Made by a program: the position numbers and the translations under genes. A stretch of DNA of 19,081 bases from a virus (taxonomy: Duplodnaviria; Heunggongvirae; Uroviricota; Caudoviricetes): IMG/VR virus record IMGVR_UViG_2585427764_000003. One strand, 5' to 3'. Numbering within the stretch: the stretch's first letter is position 1; each line of letters begins with the position of its first letter. The notes under the pieces were generated by a model, which was given only the letters and a program-made list of their open reading frames with translations, was not told the DNA's origin and made no database searches. Positions 1 through 7,703 of this stretch are shown here, piece after piece.

Positions 1-1145
1 GACGATGCGGCAGCCGTTTTTGAGGATTCTGCGCTGGTTTCCGACGCTTTCGCGTTCGTTTCGGATGTCTTCGCTGCGGAAGCTGACCTCGCTGCTGCGC
101 TGGCCTGCTCAGTGGCTTCGCCAGCCTTCGTTGTGGCTGTTGAAGCGGATGATGCGGCGCTTTCTGCCGATTTTCCGGCGGCGGTGGCACTGGCTGAGGC
201 CTGCCCGGCACTTGTTGACGCGGCGCTGGCAGACGACGCAGCCGCTGTTTTTGAGCCTGCCGCAGCCGAGGCGCTCTGTCCCGCTGCCGTTTCAGAAGAC
301 CTGGCGTTTGTCTCAGACGTCTTTGCCGCCTTCGCGGAATTGCCTGCCGCCGTTGCCGAGGAAGCGGCACTACTGGCGCTTGATGATGCGTTCGTTTCTG
401 ATGATTTCGCTGCCTCTTTTGAGGCCGCCGCATCCCGGGCTGAGGTGGCTGCTTCTGACGCCTTCGTGGTCGCGGCGGATGCAGAAGTGGCTGCTGATTG
501 TTGTGACGCTGCCGCATTCGTTTCTGACGTTTTCGCCGCACCGGCACTGGTAGTTGCCGCGCTTTTTGAGGACTCTGCAGCAGCAGCACTTTTTGCTGCT
601 TCACGGGCCTTTGTCGATGCCGTTCCTGCGCTGGAAGACGCTGACTGAGCCGACGACGCGGCCTGTCCGGCTGACGTGCTGGCTGCGCGTGCTGAGCCTG
701 CAGCATCAGTCGCATGGGTTGCCGCCTCACGGGCTGATGTGCTGGCATCGCTGGCTGACTTCTTCGCGGCTGCCGTGTTCTGTGCCACCGCGGACGCGTT
801 ACGCGCCACCTCTTCCACCATCAGCTCAAAACGGCGCAGTGCCTCCGGACGGGCATCATCCTCCGTCATGGCACCGAGAAAATCATTCAGCGTACCGGGC
901 CGGGAATCTTCATACACGGTGATGGTCCCGGCATGTGACGGCGGGAATCCCTCCACCAACAGAATAACGCTGTACTGCCCGTACTCAACGTCCATGCTGT
1001 AACGCCCGGCTTCATCCGGATTTTCTGAGGCCAGCGTGTTCACCACCACCGTGGTGCTGTTACGTTTTGCTTTCAGCTGGATTGTGCAGTTCTGTACCGG
1101 TTTTCCTGTGCCGTCTTTCAGTACACCTGAAATCTTTACTGCCAT
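1..1145 (-). CDS. stf: Side tail fiber protein Stf, N-terminal ~380 codons; ORF continues beyond the window start (3' end not in window)
   Basis: Minus-strand translation from ATG at 1143-1145 reads MAVKISGVLKDGTGKPVQNCTIQLKAKRNSTTVVVNTLASENPDEAGRY..., then Ser/Ala/Thr-rich repeats (KTSETNA, SAAT); frame stays open to position 1. Matches lambda Stf (orf-401) N-terminus as recalled. The lom-stf gap of 64 nt matches lambda. Confidence 0.85.
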   Translation of the reverse strand, partial: MAVKISGVLKDGTGKPVQNCTIQLKAKRNSTTVVVNTLASENPDEAGRYSMDVEYGQYSVILLVEGFPPSHAGTITVYEDSRPGTLNDFLGAMTEDDARPEALRRFELMVEEVARNASAVAQNTAAAKKSASDASTSAREAATHATDAAGSARAASTSAGQAASSAQSASSSAGTASTKAREAAKSAAAAESSKSAATTSAGAAKTSETNAAASQQSAATSASAATTKASEAATSARDAAASKEAAKSSETNASSSASSAASSATAAGNSAKAAKTSETNARSSETAAGQSASAAAGSKTAAASSASAASTSAGQASASATAAGKSAESAASSASTATTKAGEATEQASAAARSASAAKTSETNAKASETSAESSKTAAAS

Positions 1146-1156
1146 ATTCACCCCAC

Positions 1157-1183
1157 AAAAAAGCCCGCCTGAACCGGCGGGCT
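1157..1183 (-). terminator. Intrinsic terminator-like hairpin downstream of lom and upstream of stf
   Basis: Plus strand has AGCCCGCC(1162-1169), loop TGAACC, GGCGGGCT(1176-1183), preceded by A6 (1157-1162). On the minus strand this is an 8-bp GC-rich stem followed by U6. Confidence 0.6.
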
Positions 1184-1209
1184 GTCATAACACTGTGTTA
1201 CCTGGCTAA

Positions 1210-1809
1210 TCAGAATTTATAACCGACACCCACGATGAAACCGTCAGTGCGCCAGTCACCACTGCCGGAGCCTTCATAAGCAATATCAATGGCCACGGAT
1301 TCGGTCGGGTTAAACTGCACGCCAGCCCCCCACGCCAGAGACGTGTTGCTGTGGCGACCGTCATCACTTCCGGTCAGCACATCGTGCGTTTTCCCCTTGT
1401 TGTCAGTTACGCGAAGATAATCCCCGGAGAAAGTCGACACACGGCTGTAAGCTACACCCGCCATCGCATACGCGCTGAACCATTCATTCACGCGCACAGA
1501 CGGCCCCGCCATTACGCTGAACCAGCGGTTACGAACGGAATCTTCATGCCAGCGGGTATCGCTGTAACGGGTCAGCTGGCGATTCTTGTCTCCTGCATAG
1601 CTGAATGACGTCACCAGCCCCAGTGTGTCCGTAAACTCATAACGGTATTTCACGTTAATCCCGTTCAGATCATCACTGCCGGGGACGTTCGTCGAGGCAT
1701 GAAGATACCCCGCGCTCAGCGTGGACTGATGTTCAGACGCCCATGCAGGCGCACCGGATACGGCCAGACAAATGGCTGCGGACAAAATTGCTGCACAAAC
1801 TTTACGCAT
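1210..1809 (-). CDS. lom: Lom outer-membrane protein (Ail/OmpX/Lom family), lysogenic-conversion moron
   Basis: 199-aa ORF MRKVCAAILSAAICLAVSGAPAWASEHQ...GFIVGVGYKF with signal peptide and C-terminal aromatic residue typical of beta-barrel OMPs; near-identical to lambda Lom as recalled. SD GAGAGG lies upstream of the ATG. Confidence 0.9.
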   Translation of the reverse strand: MRKVCAAILSAAICLAVSGAPAWASEHQSTLSAGYLHASTNVPGSDDLNGINVKYRYEFTDTLGLVTSFSYAGDKNRQLTRYSDTRWHEDSVRNRWFSVMAGPSVRVNEWFSAYAMAGVAYSRVSTFSGDYLRVTDNKGKTHDVLTGSDDGRHSNTSLAWGAGVQFNPTESVAIDIAYEGSGSGDWRTDGFIVGVGYKF

Positions 1810-1832
1810 AATTACCTCTCGCTTTTCTGCAA

Positions 1833-1857
1833 TAAAAAAGGCGTCATTCCTGACGCC
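1833..1857 (-). terminator. Intrinsic terminator-like hairpin between the J 3' end and lom
   Basis: GGCGTCA(1840-1846), loop TTCC, TGACGCC(1851-1857), flanked by an A-run on the plus strand (U-run on the minus strand, 1832-1839) and CTTTATT on the other side; possibly bidirectional. Confidence 0.55.
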
Positions 1858-1879
1858 CTTTATTGGGGTTATAAATATT

Positions 1880-4800
1880 TCAACGAATACTGATGCCGGA
1901 AGCGGCTTTTTTGGTCACAATCACCGTACAGTCGGTGATATTGCCTGCCCCCTGATTGCCTTTCTGGAAAATCTTAAACTCCAGAGTGACGCTTCCCCTG
2001 CCACTCGGCATATCAATAACTGCACTGTAACTACCGGGAATGGCCCCTTTAGTTTCTCTGGATGCGATTAATACGCCGTTTTTGCGAACTTCAAAACCAT
2101 AACCCGTGTATCGCGTGCCTCCTGGGTTATTTCCGCTCCCCGGATCGTCATACGCTATACCGTTAAAAATAATGGGCGGAATAATAATCTGGCGGTCAAA
2201 GTTATGATCATCGCTGATGGTGACTGTAACCGTACCGTTTGGTGTTTCCGTGTTACCCCACGTACCGACTTTTTTCGGGAAGGCTTTTGATACAGCTTTA
2301 ACGAAATCTCCTCTGACCTGGGTCGCCTCCAGCATGCCCTTAATCGTACAGTTCTGGTTAATCGTGACATTGTTGAGCGTTCCTGAGTTCGCATTCACAC
2401 TGCCACTGATATCCGCATTTTTCGCCGTCAGTCTCCCGTCTGATGTCAGGGAAAATACCGGAGGACTGCCACCGCTGGTAATGGTGGGTGCCGTCAGGCG
2501 TTTCAGGAACACTTCATTCATGAATATCTGATCGCCCTGACCAACAAACATCGGCTTTGTGTTGCCATTCGCAGGATTAATCATCGCAATCCTGTCTGCT
2601 GCCAGCAGCACCTGACTCTGCATGCCGTCAGGGGTGTTCTCAATACTGGGGCCGATACCCGCGATATAATGTTTGCCGTCTTCGGTCTGCTCAATTTTGA
2701 CGCCCCACATGGCATTTTATTTATCGTTGGCGTCTTTCCACTCTTTCGATGACTCGTTTATTCTGCTGGCGTTATCCTCCGTCAGCTCGACTTTTTCCTG
2801 CCCACAGCTCCTGAGCCAGATGGGTTTTCCCTATCTCGCCTTTGAAAAAATCCAGATAGCCTGATGCATCATCACTCGGCTGACCGACAGCCTCCACGAA
2901 TGCCGATTTGCCAACGGTGTTCACACTGCGAACGTAAAAATAATAATCATGGCCCGGTTTGATATTGATACTGGCGGCTATCCAGTACAGTGCCGTACCA
3001 AGATAACGGGCTGTGGTTTCAACCTGCCTGATATCCGCAATCCGCTTTTCCGAGAACCAGAACTCAAACTGTACCGTCGGGTCATAAACGGCAAGATGCG
3101 GCGTGGCGGTTATCTGAAAATAGCCCGGCGTCAGCTCAATCCTCGACGGTGCTGCCGGTGCGGCAATCCGGAACGATACCGACGCCGGATCGCCCTGCTG
3201 CCCCCACGCATTTACCGCCCGGACTGTCAGCCTGTAGTTCCCCAGCGCCAGTTGCGTGAAGCGGTATGTGGTTTCCGTCGTCCGGGCCGTGCTGACCAGC
3301 CGCTCACTGCCGTCATCCGCTGTTACGGTCAGGCGGAGCATGAAGCTCACGCCCTTCACCACCTTCGGCGTGTCCCAGCGGGCCAGCACCTGATATTCCC
3401 CGCTGCCTGCGGTGACTTCGGCGGTCAGGTGCTGCACCGCTGGCGGCGTGACACCATTCACCGTGCCGCTCTGGTCGCCGTCAAAGTGCGCCCCGTTATC
3501 CACGATGGCTTCTTTTTCCGGTACATGCTGCACGGCAGTGATGGCATACGTGCCGTCATCGTTCTCACGGATACTCACACAGCGGAACAGGCGCTGGCGC
3601 AGCGTCGGCAGCTTAAGCCCCCACACGCTGTATTCAGCAACACCGTCAGGAACCCGGCTAACTTTTACCTTCACGCCGTCGGTGACGGACTGGACCTCCA
3701 CGCTGACCGGATTGCCACTTCCGTCAACCAGGCTTATTAGCGTGGTACCGGAGGATGGCAGCGTGATTTCACGGTCGAGCGTCAGCGTCCGGGTCTGGCT
3801 GTTCACAGCTAGCACGCGCCCGCCGATGCTGATCCCCGCATAGTCATCATCGCAGATTTCAATGACATCCCCCGGTACATGGCGAAGCCCTTCCGCACCC
3901 ACGCTGAAGTCCACGGTCTGCGTTTCCAGCAGTTCCGTTTTAATCAGCCACAGCCCGGCGCGGTGCGCCTGCCCCCGTCTGGTACAGCCAAAGGCATCCA
4001 TCTTCGTGACATTACGACCGTAACGGGCAATGGCCTGCGTATCTTCAACAAGCTCTGTCGCCGTCTCCCAGCCGTTGTTCGGGTCAATCCAGTTCACCTC
4101 AACGGCATTATGGCGGTCTTTCAGGGCGCTGAAACTGTAGCGGAACGGCGCGCCATCATCCGGCATCACCACATTACTGCGGTTATAGGCCCACACCTTA
4201 TCCGACGGTCGGTCCTGCACGAACGTCAGCGTCTGCCCGTTCCATACCGGCATACAGCGCATCGCCGAGCAGAAATCACTGAGCACATCCCACGCCTTGC
4301 GCTGTGTGGTCAGGTACGCATTACAGGTGATGCGCGGCTCCGTGCCGCCAAAGCCGTCCGGCACTGACTGGTCGCAGTACTGGCCGATGACATACAGCGC
4401 CCATTTATCCACATCCGCCGCACCAAGACGTTTTCCCATGCCGTAGCGCGGGTGGGTCAGCATATCCCACAGACACCAGGCCATGTTGTTGCTGTATGCT
4501 GGTTTTAACGTTCCGTCCCAGATACCACTGTATTGCCGCGTCTGCGGGTTATAGTTCGACGGCACCTGCAGAATGCGCCCGCGCAGATGATAATTACGGC
4601 TCACCTGCTGGCTGCCGAACTGCTCCGAGTCCACCTGCACGCCGATCAGTGCCGTGTTCGGGTAGCACTGTTTCACATCGATAATTTCGGTGTATGACGA
4701 CCAGAGCGTTTTGTTCTGCAGCTGGTCTGTGGTGCTGTCCGGCGTCATCCTGCGCATCCGGATATTAAACGGGCGCGGCGGCAGGTTATCCACCACCACC

Positions 4801-5297
4801 GAGGCCAGATACTGCGAGGTGGTTTTGCCCTTAATGGTGATGTCTTTTTCCGTCACCCAGCCACCATTACGCTGTATCTGAACCAGCAGGCGGACTTCCG
4901 ATGGATTCCTGTCCCCCTTTGAGGTGGTTTCCACCAGTGCCTGTACACCGAAGGTAAAGCGCAGACGGTCGATGTTTGCCGACGTGATGGTCCGGGTGAT
5001 CGGCGTGTCATATTTCACTTCTGTACCGAGCACCGTCTCGGAGCCGGAGGATTCAAATCCCTCCGGCGGTGTCTGCTCCTGCTCACCGGCCCGGAACACC
5101 ACCGTGACGCCGGATATATTGGTATTCCCCTCACTGTCCAGCACCGGCGTACTGTTCAGCAGCACGCTTTTTAATCCATCCACCGGACCTTCAACCGGCC
5201 CTTCGCTGATGGCATCGATCACACTCAGCAGCTGCGTGGACTTCAGGTTGTCCTTCGCTTCGCGCGGGGTATGCCCCTTACTGCTGCCTTTACCCAT
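1880..5297 (-). pseudogene. J: Tail tip/central fiber host-specificity protein J, disrupted; two ORF fragments 2772..5297 (841 aa, N-terminal) and 1880..2710 (276 aa, C-terminal)
   Basis: N-terminal ORF begins [24 protein letters not shown] (lambda J start). The two fragments are in different frames (top coordinate mod 3 = 2 vs 1). In the downstream frame the sequence reads ...[36 protein letters not shown] with TAA at 2717-2719. An apparent +4 nt insertion lies near 2799-2809. Confidence 0.8.
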
Positions 5298-5357
5298 TCC
5301 TCACGCTCCATAAACGACAAAACCGCCCGGAGGCGGTTTCACATAAAACATTTTGCA

Positions 5358-6029
5358 TCAGCGACCAATCACCACAACCTGACCACCATCCCCTTCGTCT
5401 GCCGTGCTGATCTCCTGAGAAACCACGCGTGACCCCACGCGCATTTCACCGTACAGAACAGGCAGAACATTGCCCTGGGCAACCATGTTATCCAGTGAGG
5501 AGAAATAGGTGTTCTGTTTGCCGTTATCCGTTGTCTGTGTACGGGGAGTTCTGGCTTTCGGTGCAAGCATCTGCGCCACACCACCGAGCACCATACTGGC
5601 ACCGAGAGAAAACAGGATGCCGGTCATACCACCGGCCCCAATGGCTGCCCCCCATGCTGCAAGGGTGGCTCCGGCGGTAAAGAATGATCCGGCAATGGCG
5701 GCTGCTCCCAGGACAATCTGGAATACACCACCTGACTTGGCCCCGGCGACTCTGGGAACAATATGAATCACAGCGCCATCAGGCAGAGTCTCATGTAACT
5801 GCGCCGTTAATCCGGACGTGCTGACATCCTGCCCGGCAATCCGTACCTGATACCAGCCGTCGCTCAGTTTCTGACGAAACGCCGGGAGCTGTGTGGCCAG
5901 TGCGCGGATGGCTTCAGCCCCCGTTTTCACACGAAGGTCGATGCGGCGGCCAAATCGTTGCAAATCCCCGTAAAGGCAGATGCGTGCCATTCCCGGTGAC
6001 GCCAGAGGGAGTGTGTGCGTCGCTGCCAT
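5358..6029 (-). CDS. I: Tail assembly protein I
   Basis: 223-aa ORF MAATHTLPLASPGMARICLYGDLQRFGRR...GGQVVVIGR, same length as lambda gpI; overlaps K by 103 nt as in lambda; 60-nt gap to J as in lambda. Confidence 0.92.
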   Translation of the reverse strand: MAATHTLPLASPGMARICLYGDLQRFGRRIDLRVKTGAEAIRALATQLPAFRQKLSDGWYQVRIAGQDVSTSGLTAQLHETLPDGAVIHIVPRVAGAKSGGVFQIVLGAAAIAGSFFTAGATLAAWGAAIGAGGMTGILFSLGASMVLGGVAQMLAPKARTPRTQTTDNGKQNTYFSSLDNMVAQGNVLPVLYGEMRVGSRVVSQEISTADEGDGGQVVVIGR

Positions 6030-6670
6030 TTGTCGGTGTACCTCTCTCGTTTACTCAGTTGTTCAGGAATATGGTGCAGCAGCTCACCGTCACCACAGTA
6101 AATGGCGGCATGATTCGGCACCGATGAACCAAAACAGCACAGCAGCACATCGCCCGGTTGTGCCGCTGACAACGGCACCTGATACAGCCCTGTGGCCTCC
6201 AGATTATCCAGATAGAGATTCTGACCGTGACGCCACCAGTCATCCTCGCGATGAAAATCCGGCATCTCAATCCCCGCCAGATGATAAGCATCCCGGAACA
6301 GTGTGTAACAGTCCGTCACACCGTGCTCAAAGCGCCGCCCGGTGAGATGCGGCACACAGCGGAACTTATGAATCGTCCCCCGGCAGACCAGCCACCACGG
6401 CAAATCACTCTGCACCTGCAGCCGCCGGTCAGCCTCACTCAGCCAGGGCAGACCACCGGGGTGGCTGTGGACCAGCGCCACAATCTCACCCTGCATTTCT
6501 GCCTGCAGCCAGTCTTCCGGCGACATACGGAAATACGCCTCCGGCTCACCGGAGATATTCACGCAGGGGAAATATCTTTCCCCCTCCGGCGTGCTTACCA
6601 CGAAGCCGCACGACTCCGCTGGCGCACATCGCCGGGCGTGCGCCAGAATCGCTGATTCTGTCTGTGTCAT
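5927..6670 (-). CDS. K: Tail tip assembly protein K (MPN/JAMM-like plus NlpC/P60-like region); start codon uncertain: full ORF 247 codons from 6670, classical 199-codon K would start at the internal Met at 6526
   Basis: ORF MTQTESAILAHARR...; JAMM-type motif HSHPGG...SEAD; C-terminal Cys/His-containing region. The 199-aa version corresponds to lambda K coordinates as recalled. Confidence 0.85.
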   Translation of the reverse strand: MTQTESAILAHARRCAPAESCGFVVSTPEGERYFPCVNISGEPEAYFRMSPEDWLQAEMQGEIVALVHSHPGGLPWLSEADRRLQVQSDLPWWLVCRGTIHKFRCVPHLTGRRFEHGVTDCYTLFRDAYHLAGIEMPDFHREDDWWRHGQNLYLDNLEATGLYQVPLSAAQPGDVLLCCFGSSVPNHAAIYCGDGELLHHIPEQLSKRERYTDKWQRRTHSLWRHREWHASAFTGICNDLAAASTFV

Positions 6671-6675
6671 GGGAT

Positions 6676-7374
6676 TTACTGCGAAAGTTTGTTAATGGAA
6701 AGGAAGCCGCCAAAGTTGCCGACGTTATTGCGGAACTTACAACCGCTCAGGCATTTGCTGCATTTATCCTTCGTGATATCGGACGTTGGCTGGTCATATT
6801 CATCCGCGACAGCCGGACCGCTATAACCGCACTCGTCACCGCGATAGGTCCAGGTGCAGGTGTTAGCCAGCATGATACGTCCCGGAAAAACGGCGCCATC
6901 CGTTTCCGTCGGCGTGGACAGTACAAAGGAGGCACTCACCGCGCTCAGTTCGCTGCACTGCTCAATGCGCCAGCGGCTAATCACCTCCTGCTCCGGATCG
7001 GCGTCGCTGTTTCCGTTGACGAAGTTCACCGCATCCAGAAAACGGGCGTAAACCTTACGCCGGACCACCGTTCCGCCGACCAGACTCTGCATATCTTCCG
7101 CCATCCCGGTGACCATGCCATACAGGTTAGAAACCGTCAGCGTGGGGCGCGTACTGGTGCCTTTGCCATTCAGTTCGAAACCACTCCCCTGAATGGGATA
7201 CGGCTGATACTGTCGCCCCTGCCAGGTGACCGGCTCACCTTTTTCGTTCTGCTCATTACAGAAAAAATAACGTTCTCCACCGACCTCTGTCAGGTCGATT
7301 TCCCATAGCACCACGCTGGCCGACTGCTCCGCACGGGTGCATTCATTCAGTGTTTCCTGCCGGATATCCTGCAT
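6676..7374 (-). CDS. L: Tail tip protein L
   Basis: 232-aa ORF MQDIRQETLNECTRAEQSASVVLWEIDLTEVGGERYFF... with C-terminal Cys cluster (CSKCLSGCKF); length equals lambda gpL; 1-nt overlap with the M stop (TGATG). Confidence 0.92.
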   Translation of the reverse strand: MQDIRQETLNECTRAEQSASVVLWEIDLTEVGGERYFFCNEQNEKGEPVTWQGRQYQPYPIQGSGFELNGKGTSTRPTLTVSNLYGMVTGMAEDMQSLVGGTVVRRKVYARFLDAVNFVNGNSDADPEQEVISRWRIEQCSELSAVSASFVLSTPTETDGAVFPGRIMLANTCTWTYRGDECGYSGPAVADEYDQPTSDITKDKCSKCLSGCKFRNNVGNFGGFLSINKLSQ

Positions 7375-7703
7375 CAGTTCACCACCTGTTCAAACTCTGC
7401 GCTGAACTCAACACGCAGCATACTGACCCGCGACGACCATTTTGCGCAGGTCACCTTTATCTGCCGCCACTCATAAGGCGGTGTCCACAGAAAGGATTTC
7501 CAGCCCCCGTGCTCTTCCAGAAACGACTCCAGTACCGTGGCCTCCTCACGGGGGACAGAAAGCGTCACGCTGTACGTTTTCAGGTTGGCATTCAGCCCGG
7601 CAGGCGCTCGCTGGGAATAGCCATCACCAAAGCGCACCTTTCTTACAGAAGGGACCGAAGCCACATCCATACCGGGTTTCACTTTCCAGCGGAAGGTCTT
7701 CAT
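7374..7703 (-). CDS. M: Tail tip protein M
   Basis: 109-aa ORF MKTFRWKVKPGMDVASVPSVRKVRFGDGYSQRAPAGLNAN...; same length as lambda gpM; ATGA overlap with the H stop. Confidence 0.92.
   Translation of the reverse strand: MKTFRWKVKPGMDVASVPSVRKVRFGDGYSQRAPAGLNANLKTYSVTLSVPREEATVLESFLEEHGGWKSFLWTPPYEWRQIKVTCAKWSSRVSMLRVEFSAEFEQVVN

Noticed and set aside
5-1002. Plus-strand ORFs 5..553, 112..648, 554..922 and 676..1002 (Ala/Leu/Arg-rich, low complexity)
   Set aside because: They lie antisense to the stf coding region, whose minus-strand translation matches the lambda Stf N-terminus; their composition is what antisense translation of Ser/Ala-rich repeats would give.
2711-2771. Possibility that the 276-aa J C-terminal ORF is an independently expressed receptor-binding gene
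   Set aside because: The sequence upstream of its ATG (GATAAATAAAATGCC) lacks a recognisable SD, and the upstream frame is continuous with J sequence apart from the TAA, so it is better explained as a fragment of a disrupted J.
2949-4367. Plus-strand ORFs 2949..3740, 3412..3843 and 3879..4367 (up to 263 aa)
   Set aside because: Fully embedded antisense to the J N-terminal ORF; Arg/Pro-rich composition typical of spurious frames in GC-rich coding DNA; no RBS or start context examined that would support them.
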